NCBI RefSeq assembly: GCF_006345805.1
Contig: NC_043003.1
Location: forward strand, 63,674,001 to 63,738,000
DNA from: Octopus sinensis
Taxonomy: Eukaryota
Direction of reading: 5' to 3'
DNA: 64,000 nucleotides
The notes below the pieces were generated by a model that made no database searches, was not told the origin of the DNA, and was given only the letters and a program-made list of their open reading frames with translations. This document shows positions 48,185 through 59,869 of this stretch, piece by piece; position 1 is the first letter of the stretch; each line of letters begins with the position of its first letter. Position numbers and translations under genes: made by a program.

Positions 48185-48370
48185 GGGGGGAGAATTCACA
48201 AAAAAAAAAACGAAAACAGGTGGTGTAGACAACAAACAGATGTATTAGTTTAACATTCGAGAAGTGAAAAAGTCTTTAACATTTCGAGCCTACGCTCTTC
48301 CGCAGAAAGGAACACAGAAAGAAACAAGGAGAGAAAATAAAGAATGTGTAGTGGCTAACGCACGAGAGTA
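48185..48370 (-). mobile_element. Short element with decayed minimal hammerhead (same family as 34195)
   Basis: Shares ACAACAAACAGATGTATTAGTTTAAC..TTTCGAGCCTACGCTCTTC..CAGAAAGGAAC; core reads CTGCGGA..GAAAT. Confidence 0.65.
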
Positions 48371-48552
48371 TATATAATGTGTAAGTGTCTGAGAGAGTGT
48401 ATGTGTTTGCGACTCTGTATGAATGTGTGTGTGTGTGTGTGTGTGTGGCTTTGTGTTTGTTCTGCACAATATGACAACTGGTGTTGATTTGCTTACGCCT
48501 TCGTAACTTAGCATTTCGGCAAAGGGACCAAAAGAATTTGTACCCGACAGAA

Positions 48553-49474
48553 CCCTTTGCCTGTCCAAAACATTTTCATATGTTTGTCATAAAACATCCA
48601 TGCTTGTGTTCAGACATTTAGTTGGCCTTTGTTTCATACGCTTTGAGAACATTAAAGTTTTCCTTTCATAAATCTCTAGTAATTACTGTGCATGGGTCGG
48701 GGAACTGTTTTAACCGACTACCCCAAAACATATTTGTTTACGTTGATGTTACCCCTTGATTTCGAAAGAAGAAAATCATAGATTATTTAAATTCAAAAGG
48801 CTTGTTGAATGAATTTATATGGCAAATACAATTATAAATATAAAAACTATAAAACAAATGCGATAAAATAAATTAATGACCTCATTATGAAACAAAATGA
48901 TTTTTCTAGAAACTTTTTCAGTTAGGTTTTGGAGAAATGATATTGTTTCATTTTTGTTACAACTACATCAAAATTGGGGTATTTTGATGCCTGAGCAGTT
49001 TGGATAGTCTTCAGGATCCAATCGATTACTCTTCATTGATTTTATGTTCATTAGAGTGGAAAATCCTTGTTTGAAATGGTAGGCTGTTGCAAAAGGCAGC
49101 AACTTTTTGACAGCTTCCTCATGCCAGAAGAAAAATGCCTGTCGTAATAAGGAAAGTGTTTATGTATATATATATATATATATATAATTTAGATTCAGAT
49201 GAATATGGTACTTAAGTTGAGGCACCAGAATTTAGTATAGTATTATCCATACAATTTCAAAATAAGGTGATGAAAATCAAAATAAGCAACAAGGACATCG
49301 AGATAATGCAGTACGATCGTTTCATATGACTCCATTTAATTGAACAATGCAATCATTTCATTACATCGCATTACATTTTAAATTGATGTAACGAAATGAT
49401 TGCATTGTTCAATTAAATGGAGTCGAATGAAACGATCGTACTGCATTACCTCTGGATATCCTTGTTGCTTATTT

Positions 49475-49527
<53 letters not shown>

Positions 49528-49695
49528 TTTTTCCTATACTTAATGAGTGCTCATTACTCCAAGAATTTCATTCTTACCCCACTTTAGGTAATTTACGTCG
49601 GTTCGCCGACCACTGCTCTAATGGCTGATAAAAATTGGAAATGTGTATCATATATGATGCCTGGATCATATGTGATACACAGGATAGGCAAGGGG
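48553..49695. mobile_element. piggyBac-like non-autonomous element
   Basis: TIR CCCTTTGCCTGTCC / GGATAGGCAAGGGG followed by TTAA (49696-99); left TTAA missing next to a SINE remnant; 5' part matches 6167-6290. Confidence 0.55.
49275..49478. repeat. About 200-bp palindrome (~93-bp arms) in (TA)n
   Basis: ATCAAAATAAGCAACAAGGACATCGAGATAATGCAGTACGATCGTTTC.. / ..GAAACGATCGTACTGCATTACCTCTGGATATCCTTGTTGCTTATTTTGAT; a single arm also occurs at ~21000-21057. Confidence 0.9.
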
Positions 49696-50083
49696 TTAAA
49701 AATAAGTATTAGCATCAGTTTGTTCAACTAAAAATGATTCAAGACGATGAGCCAACATGGCTGCAGTTCAATGACTGAAAGAAGCAAACGATGGAAAATA
49801 GGCGACAACAACAATAAGAGGAGAAGTTAAAAATGAGGGATTAACACAAGTAAGAAAGCAAGCAGTTGGGAAAAATAAGTCGAAGCAAAGGGCGTGAAGA
49901 GAAATTTGGGAGCAAAGACAAGCAAATATGTATGAAATAAAACTTAAGGGAAAACAGTAACACGAGACAGAGAGACCCAGTTAGGGATGTGGTGTAGAGA
50001 TAGCGCGCAATGGTAGCGGCGGAAAAGAAGCGGGGTGGAAGGATAACAAGAACGAAAATAGGTAACACAGAATGGAGAAAAAG

Positions 50084-50084
<1 letters not shown>

Positions 50085-50162
<78 letters not shown>

Positions 50163-50253
50163 ATACATATATATATATATGTATATGTATATATATACAT
50201 ATATATATATACATACATACATACATACATACATACATACACACATACATATA

Positions 50254-50284
<31 letters not shown>

Positions 50285-50356
50285 CATAAATATATACATA
50301 TATATATATATATATATTATATTATATATACATAAATACATACATACATACATACA

Positions 50357-50399
<43 letters not shown>

Positions 50400-50420
50400 T
50401 GTGTGTGTGTGTGTGTACAT
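50085..50420. repeat. Compound (TA)n/(TACA)n/(TG)n microsatellite
   Basis: Direct inspection. Confidence 0.95.
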
Positions 50421-50665
50421 ACGAAGAGAAAGAGAGTGGGGTGGAGGAGTGAGAAATGTCAGAGAGAGAGAGACTGACGCCCTGACAAAGTTGAAAAATG
50501 AGACACAGGCATTTTGTTTATTCTTGGCGGGTAGAAAATAAAGCCAAGTCAGTCGTAGCTTGTAAAAACAGGTGGGAGACTGGTTCTCTAAATATTAGCT
50601 TATTCTTGTATTTCGCTGTCGTTAGCACTGATAAGAGCAGCAGTTGGTGAGAGTCCTTTACAGAA

Positions 50666-50722
<57 letters not shown>

Positions 50723-50844
50723 AAGAAATATCCGATGTTTAAGATGATGACGATTAAGTAGAGCAGTGACGACAATGATGAAGATGATAATGATGATAAT
50801 GATGTTGATTGCGATGAACTGATTTTAAAGACGTGTGTGGTGAT

Positions 50845-51005
50845 GATGATGCGATGAAGAAGAAGAAGACGACGACGACGGCGACGATGATGATGATGAT
50901 GATGATGATAATGATGGTGATGGTGGTGGTGGTGATGGTGGTGATGGTGATGGTGATGATGATGATGATGATGATGATGAGGAGGAGGAGGAGGAGGAGG
51001 AGGAG
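50845..51005. repeat. (AAG)(GAC)(GAT)(GGT)(GAG) trinucleotide tract
   Basis: Direct inspection. Confidence 0.9.
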
Positions 51006-51361
51006 GATATTCTTGCCGTTCGTTCTTCCGGATCGACAAAAGAACTTGCCAGTCAGTTCCAGAAGTCAATGTAATAGCCTTTAATATCCTGAACGTGGAA
51101 AAATCGAAATTCAAGTGGCAAGATGGCAGAATCGTTTGAGAGTCAGTCAAAATGTTTTGCGTATCTAATAACGGCTTTTTACGTTTTGAGTTCAAATCTC
51201 GTTGAGATGAAAGTCTCCTTTTTTTCAGCCTTTGGAAGGTCGATAAAATATAAGTACCAGTTAAATTCTAATTAATTGACCAATTGTGGCACTCCGTCAG
51301 TCACCACGATGTGGGTTCCAGTTGATCCGATCAACAGAACAACCTGCTCGTAAAATTGACC

Positions 51362-51748
51362 CTTTCTACTATAAGCACAAGGTCCTAAATTTGAAGGAAT
51401 AGGGCCAGTCGATTAGATCGAACCCAGTACACAGCTAGTACTTAATTTGTCGACCCCGAAAGGATGAAAGGCAAAGTCAACCTCAGTGGAATTTGAACTC
51501 AGAACGTAGACAGACGAAATACCTATTTCTTTACTATCCACAAGGGGCTAAACACAGAGAGGACAAACAAGGACAGACAAACGGATTAAGTCGATTATAT
51601 TGACCCCAGTTCGTAACTGGTACTTAATTTATCGACCCCGTAAGGATTAAAGGCAAAGTCGGAATTTGATCTCAGAACGTAACGGCAGACGAAATACGGC
51701 TACGCATTTTGCCCGGCGTGCTAACGTTTCTGCCAGCTCGCCGCCTTA
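51362..51748 (-). mobile_element. SINE family A dimer with ~13-bp TSD
   Basis: TSD TGCTCGTAAAATT (51345-57) / TGCTCGTGAGATT (51749-61). Confidence 0.85.
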
Positions 51749-51771
51749 TGCTCGTGAGATTATCGTGCAAG

Positions 51772-52355
51772 CAGGACCGTTGCTAAGCTCCTGAAACTCC
51801 TGCAGGGGACCTAAGCAGTTGAGGGGGCCCATGTTAAGATCAAAGTATGTAGAGAAGTCATCTATTTGCTTTGGTTAAGATGTTGAACAAGAATTAAACT
51901 ATGCATGTTAACTGAAAAGTTCAAGAAATAAAATGGTAATACATTGTATCTCCGAAAGTTCTTGTAAAAATATTACATTGCACTACGAACGCATACCAGA
52001 CTTTGTGGATTGTCTATGATATCTATTGAACACGAACTTAGCTCTCAGGTTCCTTATTCTGAACTGATCGATGATTTCAGGTAGCGAAAGTGCGCCATGT
52101 TTGTCTTTGAAATTTGCCTGGATTATTTATATCTGGAAGTTTTACTTATTGAAATTTGTAATAGACCTAAATGAACTTAACTTGTTGTACTTTTAAAGAT
52201 GTTCTTTAGGATAACGTGAAATATTGAACTTCAGATAGAATAAAGTAAAATATAGCTATGAATAATAGGTGCATAGATTATGAATTTTGATTGAAGGAAT
52301 GGGTTCTCGAAACAAAAAGTTGCAAGGGGCTCTGAATGTCACACAACGCAATCTG
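51772..52355. mobile_element. hAT-like non-autonomous element (584 bp)
   Basis: Perfect 8-bp TSD CGTGCAAG at 51764-71 and 52356-63; ends CAG..CTG. Confidence 0.7.
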
Positions 52356-52684
52356 CGTGCAAGTGGCTGAGTACTTCACAGACCTACGTACCTTTAACGA
52401 AGTTTTCGGGGAGATTCAGTGTGACACAGAGTGTGACAAAGCCGACCCTTTGAATTACATGTACAAGTCATTTTTGCCAGCTGACTGGACTACGGCAACG
52501 TGAAATGAGCTCATGTTTCTACAATAATATGTCATGTTAGAACACAGAATATACTGCGTTATTAGCCTCGAGGGTGCCTCTTTTAAAGGCGCTTGGTGCA
52601 TAAAATCACATACATAGAGAGTAGCAGAGGAGAGTCGTCTGTCATGAGCACCAGAATTCCCATAAAACGAAATCACGTGATATA

Positions 52685-53585
52685 CGGGGTATGATCAATA
52701 AGTATCCGGACTATTGCTGTAGTAACGAAGCTAAGGAACACTGAGTGAAGTCACTTGGCAAAGATTGACCTTGAATTCTGCTGTGCATGAGCGCTAAATT
52801 TTAACATTCTAGCTCAATTCCGCTGTTTACAGCAGTGCTTGGAAGGAAGGTGTGTAGCGTGTGATCGTCGAATTGACCATTACAGAAAAAGTTGTCATGG
52901 CGATACCTGCTCAGACGCTTATGCAAAGTTGCACAAAGTGTATGGAGAGAAGTGTATGAGCCGCACACAAGTGTACGAGTGATTCAGACGTTTCCAAGAT
53001 GGCTGAAAAAATGTCGATATTGATGAACGTTCTGGGAAATACGCAACCAACAGAACTGAGAAAAACATCGCAGATGTGCATGTAGCTAAAGGGAAAATCG
53101 TCGAATCACCATCTGTGAGTTATCATAAGATGTGAAGATTAGTTACCATAAGTTATCATAAGATGTGCAGTGCTGTCCATTATCACTGAAGATTTAGGTA
53201 TGAGACGCGCGTCTGCCAAGTTTGTGCCAAAACAACTTTCAGCTAATCAAAAACGACACCAGGGTTTCAGTTGCACAAGATCTTCTTGATTGTGTCAAGA
53301 ACGATGAAAACATTTTGAAAAATTTACGTAGGCCTCTGAGCAGGTATCACCGAGCTTTTGGCAAAATTTCATGCAGATTTTCTGCTCAACTTTCTCTGTC
53401 ATGATCAATGCAACGATCACACGCTACACAACTTCCTTCTAGGCAGTGCTGTAAATAGCGGAAGTGTGCTAAAATTTTAAAACTTTGTGCGCCTGCACAG
53501 CAGCGGTCAATGTCAATCTGTCAAGCAGCTTTACTCTGCGTATTTTAGTTTTGTTACCATAGCAATAGTCCGGATACTTATTGAT
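52685..53585 (+). mobile_element. Internally deleted mariner with ~200-bp inverted ends
   Basis: ATCAATAAGTATCCGGACTATTGC / GCAATAGTCCGGATACTTATTGAT; remnant protein YAKLHKVYGEKCMSRTQVYE*FRRFQDG..DERSG, NRRIT, EDLGMRRASAKFVPK; catalytic DDD region absent. Confidence 0.85.
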
Positions 53586-53754
53586 GAGAATAGTTATATG
53601 CTTTTATGTATCAAGCACCTATATGAGATCGCTCACGACTAAAAACTCAGTTTTCGGACTCCTAACAAGACATCCACGTTAAGCTAGATAAAAAGATTGG
53701 TTTTGGTATTAAAACTGCTTCCGTCCCGAATAATTATTAACATTAAACTTTCAG

Positions 53755-54062
53755 TTTTCTTATTTCTTTACTGCCCACAAGGGGCTACACACAGAAGGGA
53801 CAAACAAGGACAGAAAAACGGATTAAGTCGATTATATCGACCCCCAAAGGATGAATGGCAAAGTCGACCTCGGCGGAATTTGAACTCAGAACGTTGAGGC
53901 AGACGAAATACCTATTTCTTTACTACCCACAAAGGGCTAAACACAGAGAGGACAAACAAGGACAGACAAACGGCTTAAGTCGATTATATCGACCCCAGTG
54001 CGAAAGGATGGAAGGCAAAGTCGACCTCGGCGGAATTTGAACTCAGAACGTAGCGGTAGACG
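53755..54062 (-). mobile_element. SINE family A tandem of truncated bodies
   Basis: Two head-less, internally deleted units in tandem. Confidence 0.85.
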
Positions 54063-54069
54063 TAGTTAA

Positions 54070-54330
54070 GAGGAGGGGGCGTTCCGCCCCGGGTGGCACT
54101 TTTGGGTCTGGTGTAGGCAATATGTGTTTTTTGCGGGGTCCGGGGGCGGCAAACGGAAGGGCCGCCCCGAGCAGCACACACTCTAGCTACGCTAGTGCAT
54201 AGCAGTAGCAACAGCAACAGCAGTAGTAATCTTAGCAGCAGCAACAGCAGCAGCCACATATCAGTCTCTTAGTTTGTTTTTCAATCAGAGACTAATTAAT
54301 TTTCTCGTTCAGTTTGTTAATTAGATAATT
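54070..54330 (+). repeat. Copy 1 of a ~260-bp direct duplication (GC-rich MITE-like core plus flank)
   Basis: GGGGGCGTTCCGCCCCGGG..GGGCCGCCCCGAGCAGCACACAC..TAATTAGATAATTTAAA also at 56160-56420. Confidence 0.85.
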
Positions 54331-54349
54331 TAAAATATTATGGGTACAC

Positions 54350-54542
54350 GGCCTGGCATTTAGGTGCAAGGTCTTAGTCGATTATATCAACTCTAGTGTT
54401 AAATTGGTGGTTGTTTCTTCGATTTCGAAAGAAAAAGAACAAAGTCGACTACGGCAGAATTTTAACCCTGAGCGTAAAGACGGACGAAATGCTGCTAAGC
54501 ATTTTGTTCGGCATTCTAACGCTTTTCCCAGCTTGCCGCCGT
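54350..54542 (-). mobile_element. SINE family A, degenerate
   Basis: CAAAGTCGACTACGGCAGAATTT..CCAGCTTGCCGCC. Confidence 0.65.
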
Positions 54543-54913
54543 AATTGAGCCAATAATAATCACACACACTGGTTCTAATTTACGTCTTTATTATTCTATT
54601 TGTCAATTGGTTAACCATTTAACTAATTAACTAACTCATTGTTCAATCAATCGGTCAATCGATAAGCCTCCAGAGACACACACACAAACACACACACACG
54701 CAGAAACAAACATACACACACAGAGTTACATACATGCACACGCACACATCCACCAGCGTGCTCACATGCACAAAAGCGCACTCAAACACACTCAGACACT
54801 TTTTCTTTCTCTCTCTCTCTCTCTATCTCTTTCTCACATACGGTCTCACCTCAAAATTATACAAATACAAATATAGAACTTGTAAACTAAGAGATAGCCA
54901 GGCAGGCCCGAAG

Positions 54914-55010
54914 CAAAGCTGGAACAGAGTTGGAGCAGAGCTAGAGCAACGCTGGAGTAGATCTGGAGCAAAGCTGGAGCAGACCTGGAACAAAGCTGAA
55001 GCAGAGCTGA
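54914..55010. repeat. 11-bp minisatellite (consensus GAGCTGGAGCA, about 9 units)
   Basis: AAGCTGGAACA GAGTTGGAGCA GAGCTAGAGCA ACGCTGGAGTA GATCTGGAGCA AAGCTGGAGCA GACCTGGAACA AAGCTGAAGCA. Confidence 0.85.
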
Positions 55011-55649
55011 CATGTCATTGTTCATATTGCGAATGGCAACCAAAGGATTTTGACAAATCTGATTGATTTTTTTAGCGATCGGTTAATCAAACAAGGGAAT
55101 TGACAAATAAAGAAGTGCAATAGAACCAGTGCGTGATTACCCTCCCGGGATACACTAAGTCAATCCTCCTGCTTGTTTGCCCGCATTATAAGTTGGATTA
55201 TCAACACGTATCAACACATCGCCTCTGTGTTTTAATTACTCAATTTGCAAACTTTTTTGTATCGAATCTACAAGTATGTCTTCTTTGCGGTCAGACGATC
55301 TACCAGAAATAACAGACACTACTATTTAATAATAATATTTTCTACTATAGACAAAGAGGTCTGAAATTTGTAGGGAGGGGCTGGTAGATTATATCGACCC
55401 CAGTGCATAACTGGTAGTTATTTCATCGAGCCCCATGTGATGAAGAGTGCACATCATCTCATGTAGTCATGGGTATAATGAGTTTGAGTAAACAATGGTT
55501 TGGATGCAACTTGAAATTTAGATGCAACTTCGACTAGAAATTAGTTCAGTCGGAACTGATCTGCGATCAAACAATAAACATCAACGAGCAACACCAACAA
55601 CAGCAACAATAACAACAACAGCAACAATAGCAACAGCAGCAGATTCAAA

Positions 55650-55830
55650 GGCCTAGTGGTTAGGGCAGCGGACTCGCGGTCGTAAGAACGCGGTTTCGAT
55701 TCCCAGAACGGGCATTGTGAGTGTTTATTGCGCAAAAACACTTCAGCTCCATGAGGCTCCGGCGGTGGAGGGGGGGGGGTCCCCGCTGTACTCTTTCACC
55801 ACAACTTTCTCTCACTCTTTCTTCCTACTT
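55650..55830 (+). mobile_element. SINE family C 5' part
   Basis: GGCCTAGTGGTTAGGGCAGCGGACTCGCGGTCG..GGTTTCGATTCCC. Confidence 0.8.
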
Positions 55831-56159
55831 CCGCCACAAAGCAGAGGAACCATGGTGCAACCCACTATGGTGTGGTAAAACTTTCAGACCCTAGTCTACA
55901 TTGCGAATCCTCTGTACCACAGGATGGTTCAGCTCTCCACCTGTTAAAAGCCACCGTTTAAGGAATGAGGATAACAACGTAGCTTTCGCGCCCGGGCAAC
56001 CGCCAGTCTATCGCGTGTGGTGGGTGGATCTTCAAGTTTCCACAGGCATTCTTAGTAACTTAGAGTAGGCTCGAATTAGAGATTATTCTTTGTGGCTAAT
56101 AGCGTGAGTCCTGGCTAGAAGAAGAAGACAGCAGCAGCAGTAGCCATAGCCATATGAGA

Positions 56160-56420
56160 AGGGGGCGTTCCGCCCCGGGCGGCACTTTTGGATCTGCTGC
56201 AGGCAATATGTGTTTTTTGTGGGGTCTGGGGGCGGCAAACAGAAGGGCCGCCCCGAGCAGCACACACTGTAGCTATGCTAGTATTTAGCAGTAGCAACAC
56301 CAGCAGCAGTAGTAGTCTTAGCAGCAGGAACAGCAGCAGCCATATCTCAATCTTTTAGTTGTTTTTCAATCAGAGACTAATTAATTTTCTCGCTCAGTTT
56401 GTTAATTAGATAATTTAAAC
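56160..56420 (+). repeat. Copy 2 of the ~260-bp duplication
   Basis: See 54070-54330. Confidence 0.85.
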
Positions 56421-56904
56421 TAAAGGTAGTGAAGCCAATGACAACAGTAAGAATACTAGAACAATTATAAACTCCTTACAATATTTAGCTGGACTTCTAA
56501 TTTCTCACAAAATTTCCGAAAAAATTTCGCCATCGTCGATTTTTTCAGCAGATTCAATTGACTTCGCCTTAATTGATTCCTAAATTGACTTCATCTTAGT
56601 TGAGAGAAATCAATTTCAATACATCAACAAAAAACACTTGTAACTAAAAGATCAAAATAATTTCAACCAACTCAATTTGTATTGTATATTATCTCTATTT
56701 ATTTATTTTTGTTTTTCTGTCAGACAGACGACAGCATTCATGACAATTTTCAGTGAACGGAAATAAAGTTACAGAGGAAAAAAAAAAAAAGAAAGAAAAT
56801 TATTGAAGAAGTCACAATGAGAAAAGTCGCAAGTTCGGCTTAGGAAGAAAGCCAAAATCACAGGAAAACATATCATATATCATTTAAATACCGTAAATAG
56901 TCGC

Positions 56905-57192
56905 TAAAATTGTTGTTTGTTCCTTCTCGAGCCACGTGTGGCTCATATGGCCGGTTTCCTTGGCGTGTTGGTTCCCCACCTGGACGTTGTAGGTGAGCTG
57001 CAAGATGCAGGAGGAAAGAGTGAGAGAAAGTTGTGGCGAAAGAGTCAGCAGAAGTTCGCCATTACCTTCTGCCGGAGCCGCGTGGAGCTTATGTGTTTCG
57101 CTCATAAACACATACATCGGCTGGTCTGAGCAGTGAACCCGCGATCCCTTGACCGTGAGTCCGCTGCTCTAACCACTAGGCCATGTACCTCC
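56905..57192 (-). mobile_element. SINE family C with an alternative 3' tail
   Basis: Minus-strand head GTGGAGGTACATGGCCTAGTGGTTAGAGCAGCGGACTCACGG; tail GGAAACCGGCC..GGCTCGAGAAGG. Confidence 0.8.
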
Positions 57193-57257
57193 ACAATAGC
57201 TAAAATAATTGGACAATATTTTAAGGAGCTTATTAACTGATAATACACGGTGTGTAG

Positions 57258-57635
57258 CGGAGGTGCAATGACCCAGTGGTTAGGGCAGCGGTACTCGCTG
57301 TCATGGGATCGCGGTTTCGATTCCCAAACCGGGAGTTGTAAGTGTTTATGGAGCAAAATCACCTAAAGCTCCACGAAGCACCGGCAGGGGGTGGTGGCGA
57401 ATCCGGCTGTACTCTTTCAACACAACTTACTCTTTCTTCCTGTTTCTGTCGTACCTGTGTTTCAAAGGGCCAGCCTTGTCATACACTGTGTCACGCTGAA
57501 TCTTCCCGAGAACTACGTTAAGGATACACGTGTCTGTAAAGTGCTCAACCACTTACACGTTAATTTCACGATCAGGCTGTTCCGTTGATCGGATTAACTG
57601 GAACCCTCGTCGTCGTAACCGACGGAGTGCCACAC
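57258..57635 (+). mobile_element. SINE family C, full length
   Basis: GGAGGTGCAATGACCCAGTGGTTAGGGCAGCGG..GGTTTCGATTCCC..GTAACCGACGGAGTGCCAC. Confidence 0.85.
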
Positions 57636-57785
57636 AGTGTGTATGTAATGATAACGCAATGTATATAATGACATTTTATACGTATAAATGTAATTTTTGT
57701 TCCGATCACTTTTTTCCCTAGGGTTTTAATTTTCGGGTTGTCTGTGACTGGTGAGAGGAAGAGCGGAAGTTGTAATCAGACGAAA

Positions 57786-58261
57786 TGAGATGATTTGGCG
57801 CAGCTGTTTGGGCGCAGACGATTTGGCACGACTGATTGGACATTCTGCGTGTTTTGTTGACTGTACATTTTGGCGCGGGAGGTACACACACACATATTCA
57901 CACACTCACGCACATACACGCATACCTACGCACGTACGCGCAGAAATGTTCACATGTAGATAAAAGGAGTGAGAGAGGTGGGGAAAGAAAGACTTTACTA
58001 TTTATTAATTAAACACAAATGACATAAACACTCTCCCTCTCTTCATACACATCAGGAGAAATAAGTTGATATATCGAGAGAGAGGGAGAGAGAAAGAGAA
58101 ATAGAGAGAGAGACAGACAGATAGACAGACAGACAGGTGAGGAAAGAGAGAAAGGAGAGAGAACGAGAGAAACATTAAAACGAGAAAATCATTAAAATGT
58201 CTGGTGTCAAATAGTCAGCATCGAATCAGTTGCGCCAAAACGGCTGCGCCAAAACGTCTCA
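57786..58261. mobile_element. MITE-like element with imperfect ~32-bp TIR
   Basis: TGAGATGATTTGGCGCAGCTGTTTGGGCGCAG / TTGCGCCAAAACGGCTGCGCCAAAACGTCTCA. Confidence 0.45.
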
Positions 58262-58354
58262 TAGCCGTCGTTAAATCAGAGACCAGACCCGAATGTTTGC
58301 AAGTTAGCTGATTTCGCTAAAGCTGACCAATGACTGAATGGTGGTGTAAGAATA

Positions 58355-58505
58355 TTTTAGTCTTTCTGGTTTCCGAGTTCAAATCCTACTCGGTTTAACT
58401 TTGTCTTTCAATACTCCTTAGAGAAGCGATAAGATCAAATCACCATTTCTACTCTAGGCGCAAGGCCTGAAATTTGGTGGGAGGGGACAAATCGATTACA
58501 TCGAC
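58355..58505. repeat. Inverted local duplicate of ~59707-59864
   Basis: Reverse complement includes a SINE tail, its TSD and the flanking SINE fragment. Confidence 0.85.
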
Positions 58506-59558
58506 CCCATACGATGACGCATGAGGTTTCTCTCTGTCACCCGAAAATAGGAACGGTCCTTACGACGAAATCCCACACAATTTCCGTTATAAAATTCTTC
58601 ACACGTGTCTTTGATTGACCCAAATATTAAGCAGTAGATGCTTGCCGAAGATGACGCGCAGTAGGAGCGAAATGGAAGCGATCTTTTCAACGCCACACTC
58701 ACATTTGTTTTATTAAGGAAGTGAAGTGCTTAACCATACAGCTATACTTGAACTCGCCAGTATAACATCCGACAAAATAAGCTTAAAACATGGACTATGA
58801 AGATTAGTTTTCTATCTTTTCATCAGCTTACGTCATCACAGTGCGCGTGTGCAAAATACGTCAAGCAGGATTGATGCTTCTTCACGTATCTGATATACCC
58901 TTCATTATATTATGTCTGTTGATATTTCTGTCACGAAGATATTTTCATCCTTTGTCACTAAATGAAAATCTTCATGCATCTGCATATTCGGATGTTACAT
59001 GTCTCTTTACTTCCTACAGTATTTTGAAGAGGATTAATATATTAAATGAATTTGTTAATCTCCCATTCAAAGAAACTGGCTCCTATTATTCCGTGTGACA
59101 CAATGATGCATGTATGTTATGTGTGGAATAAATTGGCTTTTTTCTTCCCTGTATAACAAAAACAAATAAACAAATAAATACATAAAAATAGAAAGAGAAG
59201 TGGTTCTGATCCTCTGTGTGCATTATTGTGTCAGCATTATTCTGGTGTGTGTCGATGTCCAAATAGATTTACTTATACCATATAACTTTCATGTAAATAA
59301 ACTGGAAAAAATCAAAAACAAATAAATTATATTTAATTTCCTGGGAGGAAGAAGATCCATTTCATAGGTAGTTAATTGCGGTGTACCATAATGCAATGAA
59401 ACCAAAATAGTATTTAAGGAAATGAAATTGCATTTATAATGACAATTTTGGCAAGGGAGGCAAGGGAGTAAACTCTGAAATTTAAATTGATTAAAACCTA
59501 CTATATTGACTTAGTATGGTGATTTCATTCCAACGTAGTACTATTATTTGATCTTATC

Positions 59559-59775
59559 AAGGTGACAAGCTGACAGAATTGTTAGCACGCTGGGCGAAAT
59601 ACTTAGCGGTATTTCGCCTGTCGCTCCGTTCTGAGTTCAAATTCCACCGAGGTCGACTTTGCCTTTAATCCTTTCGGAGTCGATAAATTAAGCACCAGTG
59701 AAACACTAGGGTCGATGTAATCGATTTGTCCCCTCCCACTAAATTTCAGGCCTTGCGCCTAGAGTAGAAAGGATG
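59559..59775 (+). mobile_element. SINE family A (tail 2) with 13-bp TSD
   Basis: TSD ATTTGATCTTATC at 59546-58 and 59776-88. Confidence 0.9.
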
Positions 59776-59869
59776 ATTTGATCTTATCGCTTCTCTAAGG
59801 AATATTGAAAGACAAAGTTAAACCGAGTAGGATTTGAACTCGGAAACCAGAAAGACTAAAATATTCTTT

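Larger units (their letters stand above)
51286..52470 (-). mobile_element. SINE family C 3' part, split by two younger insertions
   Basis: GTGGCACTCCGTCAG..GGTTCCAGTTGATCCGATCAAC..TGCTCGT [insert] ..CGTGCAAG [insert] TGGCTGAGTACTTCACAGAC..GGAGATTCAGTGTGACAC is the reverse complement of 57470-57635. Confidence 0.8.
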
